Positions 37,642-47,497 of a stretch of DNA of 64,000 bases are shown here, one piece after another (within the stretch, counting starts at the first letter, position 1; the number at the start of each line of letters is the position of its first letter). Source of the DNA: Bdellovibrionota bacterium (lineage in GTDB: Bacteria; Bdellovibrionota_C; UBA2361; OMII01); assembly GCA_044345405.1 (NCBI GenBank), contig JBIJBE010000001.1:114025-178024 (forward strand), read 5' to 3'. Both the position numbers and the translations under genes were made by a program. The notes under the pieces were generated by a model, which made no database searches, was not told the DNA's origin, and saw only the letters and a program-made list of their open reading frames with translations.

Positions 37642-39229
37642 GGTTTGTTCCCTTTGAAAACGCTGATAGAAGGTCAAATTTAGTGGAAGGAAAGTTCGTA
37701 ATGTCGATAGAGATATTTCGGTCGACCGCCGACTCCTTGAAGTCCTGGAGGAGTTCAAGGATGTCGTGGTCGATGAACATTGCGCCACCGCAGTCGATGA
37801 CGATCTGCGAGTGGTTCGGCAGACGCGCGAGTGTCCGTTTGAGGGCTATTTTTTGGAGAAAGGTTACGTCTTTGGCGAATCGGAGATAGTAGTTGTCACC
37901 ATCGTTAACCACAGTGAACGCCGAGTTGTGGTTCATCACCAGCACCACGACTAAGCCGAAAATGGTACCGATGAAAACTCCCGTGAGGAGATCGAAGAGG
38001 ACGACGCCGAGAGCGGTGACCACGAAGGGGAGAAATTGGTCCAGTCCGCTTCTCCACACCTCTTTTATCAGAGAGGCGTTAGCTAGTTTGTATCCAACTA
38101 GGATGAGGATAGCTGAAAGAGCGGCAAGGGGAATCTCATTGAGGAGTCCGGGAAACGCGAGTACGCTCAAAAGGAGAAGGAAGCCGTGGACCATACCCGA
38201 TATCCTCGTACGTCCCCCAGAATAGACGTTGGTGCTGCTGCGCACGATAACAGAGGTCATCGGAATACCTCCAAGGGCTCCCGCCGCGATGTTGCCGATA
38301 CCCTGGGCGACCAATTCCCGGTTGGGACGAGATATCCGTCGAAGCGGATCGAGTTTATCGACAGCTTCAAGGCTAAGGAGTGTCTCAAGGCTTCCAATTA
38401 GGGCGATAATAAGAGCAGCCGACCACACCTTTGGCGAGAGAATCCACGTCCAAAGGTCGCCAGGACCCTGCATGAGGAGATCCGTAACGCTGCTGATGGT
38501 TGGTATGCTGACGAGTTGTCCCTCTGAAACTGTAAGCGCGAGACCTGGCGCTACCACCTTCAACACTCCGTTGCAAAGGATGCCGAAGCACACCACTGCG
38601 AGTGGGCCGGGAATAATCCTGAATGCCCTTGACGTGCGCGTGGCAAGCTTTGACCAAGAGAGAAGGAGGGCGAGAGATGATGCCGATATCACCACAGCGA
38701 TGAGATCGAAGTGTCCCCCCGTTGTGCGGATTTGAGACCAGAGGCTCTTGAGGCAGAAGGGTGAGAAGAGGCAGAACATACCCTCCTCGGGATTGAAGGT
38801 GCTTTTCCAGCCGATCGCGTGCGGGAGTTGTTTAAAGGCGATAATGATACCGATTCCCGCTAACATTCCCTTGATAACCGCTGATGGGAAGAACGTCGCG
38901 AGGTGTCCCGCGCGAAGCCCTCCAAGAATGAGTTGAAAGACCCCAGAGAGGATAGTTGCCACCAAGAGACCTTCAAATGAGCCTATCGATTGGGTCGCGC
39001 TTATCACGGTAACGGTGAGACCCGCCGCGGGCCCACTCACACTGAGTTCGCTACCCGCCAGAAATGAGACCAAAATTCCGGCGATGATACCGGTTATTAG
39101 CCCAGAGATAGGTGGAGCTTCCGAGGCCACAGCTATTCCAAGGCAGAGAGGGAGGGCGACAAGGAACACCACGAAGCCAGCGCTGATGTCTTGGCGGAGG
39201 AAGTCAAACCGGAGGCGGGTTGCGATCAT
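37634..39229 (-). CDS. SulP-family anion (probably bicarbonate) transporter
   Basis: VALPLCLGIA, SVSGPAAG, NRELVAQG, STAS-like tail; overlaps the carbonic anhydrase start. Confidence 0.92.
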   Translation of the reverse strand: MIATRLRFDFLRQDISAGFVVFLVALPLCLGIAVASEAPPISGLITGIIAGILVSFLAGSELSVSGPAAGLTVTVISATQSIGSFEGLLVATILSGVFQLILGGLRAGHLATFFPSAVIKGMLAGIGIIIAFKQLPHAIGWKSTFNPEEGMFCLFSPFCLKSLWSQIRTTGGHFDLIAVVISASSLALLLSWSKLATRTSRAFRIIPGPLAVVCFGILCNGVLKVVAPGLALTVSEGQLVSIPTISSVTDLLMQGPGDLWTWILSPKVWSAALIIALIGSLETLLSLEAVDKLDPLRRISRPNRELVAQGIGNIAAGALGGIPMTSVIVRSSTNVYSGGRTRISGMVHGFLLLLSVLAFPGLLNEIPLAALSAILILVGYKLANASLIKEVWRSGLDQFLPFVVTALGVVLFDLLTGVFIGTIFGLVVVLVMNHNSAFTVVNDGDNYYLRFAKDVTFLQKIALKRTLARLPNHSQIVIDCGGAMFIDHDILELLQDFKESAVDRNISIDITNFPSTKFDLLSAFSKGTNHG

Positions 39230-39493
39230 AGTTGCTTTCTGCGGGAACTAACAAACGGTTTCAGGGGGATACTAGTAGATAGACGGTCGTTCCAAAATGG
39301 ATAAAAACCACCCTTAGCGAGCCTTGATTCCTGTGGATTTGGGAGGGCGGTCATGTGCCGTGCGCACTGAGGTAGGGCTTGTCTTCGACTATTCAATAGG
39401 TTGTCCATGTTGTTCGCATTTTTTTCGTTGGTAAGACTCAGGGAATCTACCAATCGTCATAATCTCTTCGGGTGTTTGGGGGCGGGGGGAGCC

Positions 39494-40864
39494 ATGGCCA
39501 GATTTGAACTCACTAAGCTAAACGTCGATCTGTCGCAACTCGTGCCATCGCACGGCGAAATGAATATCCTCGTCGAGGCGTTCAAGGATACCGTTCGCGA
39601 TGCGACAGCCAGGCAGGATTCGGAGCTTCTTGGCTCGCTCTGCGGCGGTATCGGTGAAATCCGTTTGAGGGGAGTATGTCGACGTCTCTCTACGTCAGAG
39701 CGCGCCGAAATGATCGGTCTCCTTTTACCTGAAGTCGAGGACAAGAGCTCTAAGGCTCAGGAGCTAATCTCGCGTCTGTGCGACACGGCGCCACATCTGG
39801 TGGCGTTGCAGCAGACCTTCGAGACGCTTGGATATGAACGATTTCGGGAGGGGCCCTTAGCGAAGTGGTTTGGTGAACGAGCGGCCCTCGCTGAGGCGGT
39901 CGGAGAGGTCAGGGGCGTTGCGTTTCTGGACGAGGAAATTCGCACCCCGGAGGACGCCGATGCCGCTATTGCGCGGATTGATGAGGTCTTGCGGTATAAC
40001 GCGACGGTCCTGGAGACCGACGAACGACTTGAACACGTACCGATGGCGTTTAACTCCAAACTGTTGCTTGCCGCGTTTGAAGAGCAGCGGTGGGGGGTAG
40101 AGGATCCTGTGGAGTTCGCGCGAGCTTGGAACGAGCGGATCAAGATTCACACGGCGACCGGGCTTGGGGTGTTCGACTCTGCTGACCTCGTCCTATCATC
40201 TAGAGAGTTGAGAGAGATTAGACAGGGGCTTGAACAGTTTCCCGCCTACGTACTTACCCTGGAAAACGTCGCTATTGGAATCAATTTTCGTTCCCCGCCC
40301 GCTGGCCGTGAGGGAGCGCTAGGCGGCTATGAAATGGGAAGGATATTCCTGTTTGACACCGTTCGAGACGCCCGTCCTGGCGTCGATTTTCCTGAGACGG
40401 AGACCGATCCGGTGATGTACGCTACGGTGCATGAGGTATCTCACACCGCCCAGACGGTAGGGATGATGGATTTTCAAAAGCTTTCGGGCTGGGTTCGGGT
40501 CTCTAACCTAACCTTTCGGGATCCAATCACTAATGCGTGTCATCGGATACGGCCAGAGGCGTTCGTGCCGGGTGAAAGCGTTGAAACGGAATCGGGGCGA
40601 TACATCGTGAGCTTCCACGTAGAGCCCGAGACTATTCATTTCCCCTTGGGCGTCTCAATTAAGAACCCAGATAAGGCCGACGCGGAGGCAGGCTATCTCT
40701 ACAGTGACGATGCGGAGTTCGTGAACTCGTACGCGGCTATATCTCCCGAGGAGGATTACGCTGAATCTCTAACAGCTTTCCTTCTTGACCGTGAAAAGCT
40801 CATGAGGCTCGCTCCGGAGAAGTATGAATTGATGAACTTCCTCTACGGAAAGATCTCGAAGTAA
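39494..40864 (+). CDS. Orphan with C-terminal zincin metallopeptidase domain
   Basis: TVHEVSH (HExxH) and distal SYAAISPEEDYAES. Confidence 0.7.
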   Translation: MARFELTKLNVDLSQLVPSHGEMNILVEAFKDTVRDATARQDSELLGSLCGGIGEIRLRGVCRRLSTSERAEMIGLLLPEVEDKSSKAQELISRLCDTAPHLVALQQTFETLGYERFREGPLAKWFGERAALAEAVGEVRGVAFLDEEIRTPEDADAAIARIDEVLRYNATVLETDERLEHVPMAFNSKLLLAAFEEQRWGVEDPVEFARAWNERIKIHTATGLGVFDSADLVLSSRELREIRQGLEQFPAYVLTLENVAIGINFRSPPAGREGALGGYEMGRIFLFDTVRDARPGVDFPETETDPVMYATVHEVSHTAQTVGMMDFQKLSGWVRVSNLTFRDPITNACHRIRPEAFVPGESVETESGRYIVSFHVEPETIHFPLGVSIKNPDKADAEAGYLYSDDAEFVNSYAAISPEEDYAESLTAFLLDREKLMRLAPEKYELMNFLYGKISK

Positions 40865-40961
40865 GGCTGGGGGTTTCCAAGGTGTTTTGGTTTCAGAGAG
40901 GTTGGAGCTACTCGGGCGAAATATGATGGCCGTTCCAGATCGGCTTTGGTAGCCTCCGCTC

Positions 40962-41798
40962 ATGCAAACTAAACCGAGCGACGTTATCACCTATCTCCTT
41001 CCGTACATCGTTACCGCTGGCGCCTACAGCGCCGAGATTCAATCCCGGGTCGCTACTCGCGAGGCAAAGGGTGGTGACACGATATTTCATCACGCCCTTT
41101 CAGATGCGGACCTCTCGATTCAGGCTTTTCTTGAGGTTGTTCTCTTAGCTCGGTTTCCTGAGCTCTCTTATTTCTCAGAGGAGCAGGAGCAGTCTCTCAA
41201 CAAGAAGTATTTCTCGGGTAGCTCTTCGATTGAGATCCTCCTCGATCCGATCGACGGCACCCGTCCGTATATCGACGGCAAGGAGTTTTACCAGATTATT
41301 GTGACCCTCCATGATGAGCGTGAGATCGTCGGTTCGATCTGCTACATGCCTCGGCGGAACAAGTGTTTCGTCGCTTCCAAAGGAGAGGGGGCGCACCTTC
41401 TTTCAAGGGAGGATATCGCCGCTGGTCGCACCGGCACTCGCTGCGATGTGACGACGGGAGATGGACCAGTTCTCCTTTTTAATTCGCCCGTCCTCCTGGA
41501 GAAGCTCTCCAAGACGATGGTCGCCAAGGATATCGCGACGGCGTACGTTGAGGAGCCGGGTACGTACCATTCAACGGACCTCCTTGAGGGCACCGCGTGC
41601 GCGGTGGTGCATCGCTCCTGTCAGGCGATTGATGGCGGGTCGCTTGCGTTTATCGCTCAAGAAGGTGGGGCGGTCGTTACGGATTTCGCCGGCGATCCCG
41701 TTGGAAGCTATCGAACATCCTCCACCCGGGTCCTCTCCTCTATCGTTGTTTCGGTTAATTCGGCTGTTCACGAGAAGGTCCTTGCCACCCTTCGCTAG
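40962..41798 (+). CDS. Inositol monophosphatase family protein
   Basis: SDAD, SEE, LDPIDGT, GAVVTD. Confidence 0.85.
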   Translation: MQTKPSDVITYLLPYIVTAGAYSAEIQSRVATREAKGGDTIFHHALSDADLSIQAFLEVVLLARFPELSYFSEEQEQSLNKKYFSGSSSIEILLDPIDGTRPYIDGKEFYQIIVTLHDEREIVGSICYMPRRNKCFVASKGEGAHLLSREDIAAGRTGTRCDVTTGDGPVLLFNSPVLLEKLSKTMVAKDIATAYVEEPGTYHSTDLLEGTACAVVHRSCQAIDGGSLAFIAQEGGAVVTDFAGDPVGSYRTSSTRVLSSIVVSVNSAVHEKVLATLR

Positions 41799-41913
41799 CT
41801 TGCTAGGTGGTTCTCGCACTCAAGTCGCAAAGAGTGCCTAGTTCGGAAGTCGGCTTCCCAACAACAAGATCGCGTTGGGTCTAAAGTCTTGGTTTCATCG
41901 CTGTCCTATCATT

Positions 41914-41929
41914 TGGCATGTCCATTGCC
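41914..41929 (+). promoter_or_regulatory. Sigma54 (-24/-12) promoter
   Basis: TGGCAT-GTCCA-TTGCC with exact GG-N10-GC spacing, about 40 nt upstream of ATG 41969. Confidence 0.55.
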
Positions 41930-41968
41930 ACGAAGGGGAGAGTTGCCTAGCGCATTGTCGATGGTGGT

Positions 41969-42352
41969 ATGTTTACGCACATCTGGTACATTACGAAGTT
42001 CCTCCAGGTATCCGCCGTGATAGGGGTTTCGGTCAGCTCGATGATGGTGATTGGCCCTCGAATGAGTTCGCAACCTATGTCCAAATCGGCCCGCGCAACC
42101 GTTGAAAAGAGGGTGGTTCGCGCATTGCCGATAAAGCTCCCGCAGGGGCGACTCTACTGTGTGAACGGTGTGGTCATGCACGAACGCATGTATCCGCGCG
42201 GCTTTGAGCCTATCGCCGCGGCTGATGCTGTGGAGATAGCCACTACAATCGCCGATGAGGCGTGCGCTCGCTCCTTGCGATCAACGGAGTGCAAGGCTGC
42301 TCAAGGGGATCTCACCGCGTTGCGGAGATCGATGCGTTCCTGTCAGGGGTAG
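41969..42352 (+). CDS. Small membrane-anchored or secreted hypothetical protein
   Basis: Hydrophobic N-terminal segment; four Cys. Confidence 0.5.
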   Translation: MFTHIWYITKFLQVSAVIGVSVSSMMVIGPRMSSQPMSKSARATVEKRVVRALPIKLPQGRLYCVNGVVMHERMYPRGFEPIAAADAVEIATTIADEACARSLRSTECKAAQGDLTALRRSMRSCQG

Positions 42353-42446
42353 TGGTGATGGAACGGGGCGTCTCGTTCTTTAAGGCTAGAGTGCCCTAGG
42401 GATAGGGGGGGCGGTAGTTGGAAAGGCGCGTGTCACATAATAGAAA

Positions 42447-42476
42447 GCCCCGGCCACGATCGCTCGTGGCCGGGGC
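42447..42476 (-). terminator. Intrinsic terminator after the cold-shock gene
   Basis: Perfect 13-bp stem GCCCCGGCCACGA/TCGTGGCCGGGGC followed by TTTC on the minus strand. Confidence 0.75.
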
Positions 42477-42506
42477 CAGTTAAAACTTACATCGTGCAAG
42501 TTCGAA

Positions 42507-42812
42507 CTATTCCGCGGAATCGGACTCAGTAACGGGAGTTGTCTCCTCGCCCTCAATCTCGGTGATCTCCTCAGAAGAACCATCGTCCTTCTTCGTACGG
42601 ACCACCTTTGAAGCTTGAAGGCCCTTTGGACCCTCCTTCAATTCATACTCCACAGTCTCCCCATCCTTGAGGGTTTTGAAACCATCGGATGAAATCACCG
42701 AGTAGTGTACAAACACATCCCGACCACTCGTGTGTTGAATGAAGCCAAACCCTTTGGCGTCATTAAACCACTTCACTACTCCCTTAAGGATCCCGGACTC
42801 AGACTCAGACAT
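42507..42812 (-). CDS. Cold-shock domain protein (CspD-like) with acidic tail
   Basis: KWFNDAKGFGFI, VFVHYS, GPKG; about 28-aa E/D-rich extension. Confidence 0.92.
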   Translation of the reverse strand: MSESESGILKGVVKWFNDAKGFGFIQHTSGRDVFVHYSVISSDGFKTLKDGETVEYELKEGPKGLQASKVVRTKKDDGSSEEITEIEGEETTPVTESDSAE

Positions 42813-43360
42813 AACAACTGACTCCCCGTTAAAAAAACTTACGGTTGATAAAACCTACCACATTCGTTTCAGGTTACAAGCCTAACTACATTGAGGTGAT
42901 CATCACCTCAGCAATTGAGATTCGTACGGCTGGCAAAGGGATCCAACTTTTTCTCCGCGGTGGAGGAGAGGGCGAAAAGAGCCCCAAAATCAGGTGTTTT
43001 TCAAGGAATAGGCCCCCCTCGCACGTCTCCCGTCTCAGGCCACCAGCGAAGATTGAGCTCCATTCCTGGAAAAAACACCTGTCGTTGAGGGGGGAGTGGT
43101 ACTCAATGCCGCGCCATGCAAATGCTCTAAATAGGTAGTGTTTCTAGTTTGTTAGAGGCCGGTCTGGTTGGCGGGGTACCCCACAACTCTCCGGAAGAGA
43201 GTCCGTTGATAAGAGAGTGCCCAACCACGTATAGTGGGAGCCACTGAGCGACGCCCAAAAGGTGAATCAGCTCGGTAGTTTGCTCGCCCTCCGCGTGTGG
43301 TTGGAGGTGCGACCCTCGTGTACGTCCCCGGTGTATTCCGCTCGGTAGTCCAGTCGAAAC

Positions 43361-44818
43361 ATGTCCGATACCTTCGCTCACGCCATTCTTGAAAACCTCC
43401 CCGAGCCGCACTGCGTGGTGTCAACGGATCTCACCTGTATGGGCGCTAATACGAGCTTCGCCACCCTGTTGGGGATAGAGCTTTCAGAGCTTGTTGGTTC
43501 GCATGCCTCGCTGTTTTGGCCGGAGGTCGAACGGATTCCCTGGAGTAATCGGGAGTTCTCAACGGAGTTTAAGCCCGCCGGTCGTGGCCCGCTCTTGGTT
43601 CGGATTGCGACCTTCGAGGGGGATGTGCTCCTCGTTCGGATCCTCTCCACATTTTCAGAGGACCGGGCCGGAGAGGTCTTTCACGGACAACGACTTGAGA
43701 CCTTGGGGCTTCTGGCCGGAGGGGTGGCGCACGATTTTAACAACCTGTTGACCGGAATCCTCGGACACCTCGCGTATGCGCGAAGCGTTATGCCTGGAGA
43801 GGGTAATCACGTTGAATCCCTCGCCGCGATAGAGGAGGGTGCGCTCCGAGCCGCGTCCCTCACGCAGCAGATCCTACGGTTCTCTCGCATCGATGGGGGA
43901 GAGCTCTCCACGAAGATCGATGTTGTTGATGTTATTTCGCGCATCTCTACCCTCATCAAGAGCGCGATCCCCTCTGAGATTCGACTGGCGTGGACCCCTC
44001 TGAGCAATCCGCTCTGTGTGATGGCGTCCGAAGCCTACCTCAGTCAGGTTATTATCAATCTTATCGTGAACGCTCGTGACGCAATCAAAGGCAGGGGCAC
44101 TATCGAGGTATCGGTAGATCGGCTGTGTAGCTCGGATGAGGTACGCGAACTGTTCGGCGAGGAACCACCGGCCGCCACCTATTCGGCGCTCGTTGTGAAG
44201 GATACGGGTGAGGGGATGGATGAGGAGGTGAAAGAGCGCCTCTTTGAGCCGTACTTCACCACCAAGAAGGAAGGGGGGACTGGGTTAGGGCTCAGCACCG
44301 TAAATTCTATCGTGAAACAGCTCGGCGGCGCGATCGTCGTGCGGTCGGAGAAGCACAAAGGGACGGAGTTTCGAATCGTTCTTCCCTCCGTGACGGATGA
44401 GTCTCGCGAATCGCAAGGGGATACTGAGTCGACGGGTCCTGTGCGTGGCCGTGGCGAGCGCGTTCTCATTATCGATGACGAGTACGCCGTGCGTAACGTG
44501 CTAGGGTTAAGTCTCACCCATCTCGGGTACGAGGTGATGACAGCTTCCTCCGGCTTGGAGGGGCTTGAGATATACGCTGAGGAGCGAGGGACCTTCGACC
44601 TCGTGATCCTTGATATCCTCATGCCCGGACTGTCGGGAGAGGATGTCTTCGTTCGTTTGCAAAAGATGAATGCCGATGTTCGCGTGCTGCTCGTGAGTGG
44701 GTTTAGTTCAGGTGATGTCGTCGCTCGGATCCTCAGTAGTGGAGGGAGAGACTTTATTCAGAAGCCGTTCCTGATAGATGTTTTATCAAGAAAAGTTCGA
44801 GGGTGTTTGTGTGATTAA
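43361..44818 (+). CDS. PAS-HisKA-HATPase-REC hybrid kinase (CckA-like)
   Basis: LAGGVAHDFNNLL, NARDA, DTGEG, FTTK, GTGLGL; REC IIDDE/LDILMP/QKP. Confidence 0.92.
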   Translation: MSDTFAHAILENLPEPHCVVSTDLTCMGANTSFATLLGIELSELVGSHASLFWPEVERIPWSNREFSTEFKPAGRGPLLVRIATFEGDVLLVRILSTFSEDRAGEVFHGQRLETLGLLAGGVAHDFNNLLTGILGHLAYARSVMPGEGNHVESLAAIEEGALRAASLTQQILRFSRIDGGELSTKIDVVDVISRISTLIKSAIPSEIRLAWTPLSNPLCVMASEAYLSQVIINLIVNARDAIKGRGTIEVSVDRLCSSDEVRELFGEEPPAATYSALVVKDTGEGMDEEVKERLFEPYFTTKKEGGTGLGLSTVNSIVKQLGGAIVVRSEKHKGTEFRIVLPSVTDESRESQGDTESTGPVRGRGERVLIIDDEYAVRNVLGLSLTHLGYEVMTASSGLEGLEIYAEERGTFDLVILDILMPGLSGEDVFVRLQKMNADVRVLLVSGFSSGDVVARILSSGGRDFIQKPFLIDVLSRKVRGCLCD

Positions 44819-45839
44819 GTCGTATCAGATCCGCCATATCCAAGTGAATCCAGGGCTCGTGCTCTCGCCGATGAGCGGCGTGACCACTCGCCCGTTCCGT
44901 CGCCTAATCAAGGAGCTCAATCCGGGAGCGGTAGGTCTCGTCGTGAGTGAGTTCGTGTCAGTTGAGGGAATGACCCGAGGTTCGCAACGAACCATGGAGA
45001 TGATGAAGTTCTCGGAAGAGGAACGCCCCTACTGCGTGCAGATCTTCGGATATGATGTTGATCGTATGCGTGACGCCGCCTTGATGGTGCAGGATATCGG
45101 GGCTGATCTGGTCGATATTAATTGCGGATGTCCAGCCCCGAAGGTCGTGAAGCGTGGCGGTGGGTGCGAACTCATGCGACAACCGGATCATCTGCAAAAG
45201 ATTATTAAAGAGGTTAAGAGCGCGATATCGATTCCTTTGACGATCAAAATTCGCGCTGGATGGGACGAGGATTCTCGCAACGCTCTTGAGATCGCGAAGA
45301 TGGCGGAAGGTGAGGGGGTTGAGGCGCTCGCCATTCACGGGCGGACCCGCTCTCAGTTGTACCGCGGTGAGGCCGATTGGGACCTCGTGCAGGAGATCGC
45401 GGAGCGGGTATCGATACCGGTGCTTGGAAGTGGTGATGTGGTATGTCGCAAGACCGCCGAGGCTCGATTGAAGGGAAAGGTCGCCGGGCTCTTTATCGGC
45501 CGGGCTAGTATGATGAATCCATTCGTATTCACTGAGATTTTGAACGACGAGCCCTCGAGATTGAAGGGGAATTACGCGCTCATGATCGATGTGCTCTTTC
45601 GCTATATCGAGCTTTTAAGGGAAGATTTCCAAGAGAGCTCGTGCGGGGGGAAATTTAAGCAGCTTGCCTCGCAGATGTGTCGAGGCGCGCCGTGGAGGAA
45701 GCAGCTCCTGCAGTTGAACGCTCTGAAAGATCACGAGGCGCTCCTGCTTGCGGTGCGTGAGGGGCGATGGCGTCCCGCGGCCGTTCAGGTTGAAGAAACG
45801 GACACGACCGACGTCTCGTGTGATATGTTCTCCGCGTAG
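44811..45839 (+). CDS. dusB: tRNA-dihydrouridine synthase (DusB-like)
   Basis: SPMSGVT, DINCGCP, TIKIRAG, IHGRTR, GSGDV, IGR. Confidence 0.88.
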   Translation: MIKSYQIRHIQVNPGLVLSPMSGVTTRPFRRLIKELNPGAVGLVVSEFVSVEGMTRGSQRTMEMMKFSEEERPYCVQIFGYDVDRMRDAALMVQDIGADLVDINCGCPAPKVVKRGGGCELMRQPDHLQKIIKEVKSAISIPLTIKIRAGWDEDSRNALEIAKMAEGEGVEALAIHGRTRSQLYRGEADWDLVQEIAERVSIPVLGSGDVVCRKTAEARLKGKVAGLFIGRASMMNPFVFTEILNDEPSRLKGNYALMIDVLFRYIELLREDFQESSCGGKFKQLASQMCRGAPWRKQLLQLNALKDHEALLLAVREGRWRPAAVQVEETDTTDVSCDMFSA

Positions 45840-45865
45840 GGTGGGGAGAGGAAAGAAAGTATTTC

Positions 45866-46618
45866 GTGTTACGTGTAAATGATATCTATCGAAGCTTCGG
45901 TGAACGCCCTGTATTGCAGGGGGTTAGCTTCGCGTTGAAGCCCGCCTCTATTAACGGGCTGGTCGGTCCCAGTGGCGGTGGAAAGAGCGTTTTGCTCAAG
46001 ATTATCGCCCATACCTGCAAGTGTGAGTACGGGTCCGTCATCTTCGATAAAGGCGCCTCCCTGGCTGACGTCGGATTGATGTTTCAGGAGGGCGCGCTCT
46101 TCGATTCGATGACGGTGTATGACAACGTCGCGTTCCCTCTGGTTGGGGGCAAGGTGCCAACGACCTCGTTGCCAAAGGAGGTTCGAGAGGAGGTGTGCGA
46201 GAAGGTCGGGAGTATCCTCGCTCGCGTGGGGTTGGTGAAGGCCGCCTCGAAGATGCCGGGACAATTAAGTGGGGGCATGCGACGACGTGTTTCCCTTGCT
46301 CGAGCGCTCGTTGGACGCCCCCGAATACTTCTCCTTGATGATCCGACCAGTGGGCTCGATCCGGTGGCGAGTAGCGTCATCATGGACCTTATCGTTGAGC
46401 TTCATAAGGAGTATCAACCCACGACGGTGATGGTCAGTCACGACCTCCGCCGTCTTCTCCCTTGCGTTGATAGAGTTCTCGCCCTTTTCGATGGCACGAT
46501 AGCGTTCGATGGCTCAGTTGATGAGCTTGCGCAATCGGCCCCTGTTTTTGTTCGTAGTTTTGTCTCCTGTCGGTATGAGCTTCCCGCGCCCACAGCTGAG
46601 CCGACCGTAATGGAGTAA
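45866..46618 (+). CDS. ABC ATP-binding protein, MlaF/Ttg2A-like
   Basis: GPSGGGKS, FQEGALFDSMTV, LSGGMRRRV, DDPTSGLDP. Confidence 0.88.
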   Translation: MLRVNDIYRSFGERPVLQGVSFALKPASINGLVGPSGGGKSVLLKIIAHTCKCEYGSVIFDKGASLADVGLMFQEGALFDSMTVYDNVAFPLVGGKVPTTSLPKEVREEVCEKVGSILARVGLVKAASKMPGQLSGGMRRRVSLARALVGRPRILLLDDPTSGLDPVASSVIMDLIVELHKEYQPTTVMVSHDLRRLLPCVDRVLALFDGTIAFDGSVDELAQSAPVFVRSFVSCRYELPAPTAEPTVME

Positions 46619-47497
46619 GTGTACATGAAGAGATCGATGTTAAAAGATAGCGCCATTGAGGAGTCGCGACAGCGGTTCCTCTCTGGAATCGGGGTTCCCA
46701 AGAAGGAGGAGTTCATCGTTGATGAGTTCCAGAGGCAAGCTATTGATAACCTCGCCAACGGGATCGATACCTTGGTGGTCGCTCCGACCGGGTCGGGGAA
46801 GACCTTTATCGCGATCGAGTCGATGAGGCGACTGATAAAGCAGGGGCAGCACGCGTGTTATACGACCCCACTCAAGGCGTTGTCGAACACGAAGTACAGC
46901 GAATTTCAGCGCATCTTCGCCCCCGATCACACGGTGGGACTCCTGACTGGGGATCGAAAGATTGAAGGGGACTCCGATGTCGTAATCGCCACAACGGAGA
47001 TCTACCGTAACGAATTGTACAAGGGCTCCGGTCGGTACTCGCTCGTGATTCTCGATGAGGTTCACTACATAGCGGACCCGCAGCGTGGGGCGGTGTGGGA
47101 GGAGAGTATCATCCTTACCCCTCACTCGACGACCCTGTTGATGCTCTCGGCTTCAATCTCAAACGCGGAGGAGATCGCCGCCTGGATTGAGGAGACCCGG
47201 AACAAAGAGTGCCGAATCGTAATGAAGAAGGATCGTCCGGTGGAGCTTCGCTACGGATTTATGCACCCTAAATTTGGCGTTATTCCTCTCGCCGATGAGA
47301 AGGGGCATCTTTCGCCCGAGGTCGCGCATTTCTACGGGTCCATGTCGCTCGATGAGACGGGAACCCGAATGAAGGGGCGCTTCGATCGCAACGGAGGTGG
47401 CGACGAACGGGGCGGTCGCAGAGGTGGCGGCCGGCGCGGAGGCGGTGGCGAGCAACGTGGCCAAGACGGTCGTGGTCGTGGTAGGAGGAGGCGGTAA
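46619..47497 (+). CDS. Ski2/HelY-like helicase, N-terminal RecA1 half
   Basis: APTGSGKT, TTPLKALSN, GLLTGD, TTE, DEVH, LSAS; RG-rich tail. Confidence 0.88.
   Translation: MYMKRSMLKDSAIEESRQRFLSGIGVPKKEEFIVDEFQRQAIDNLANGIDTLVVAPTGSGKTFIAIESMRRLIKQGQHACYTTPLKALSNTKYSEFQRIFAPDHTVGLLTGDRKIEGDSDVVIATTEIYRNELYKGSGRYSLVILDEVHYIADPQRGAVWEESIILTPHSTTLLMLSASISNAEEIAAWIEETRNKECRIVMKKDRPVELRYGFMHPKFGVIPLADEKGHLSPEVAHFYGSMSLDETGTRMKGRFDRNGGGDERGGRRGGGRRGGGGEQRGQDGRGRGRRRR

Noticed and set aside
37012-39229. SulP-carbonic anhydrase pair
   Set aside because: Well-known bicarbonate module; not novel.
47390-47495. GGC/CGT-rich low-complexity DNA
   Set aside because: Simply encodes the RG-rich helicase tail.
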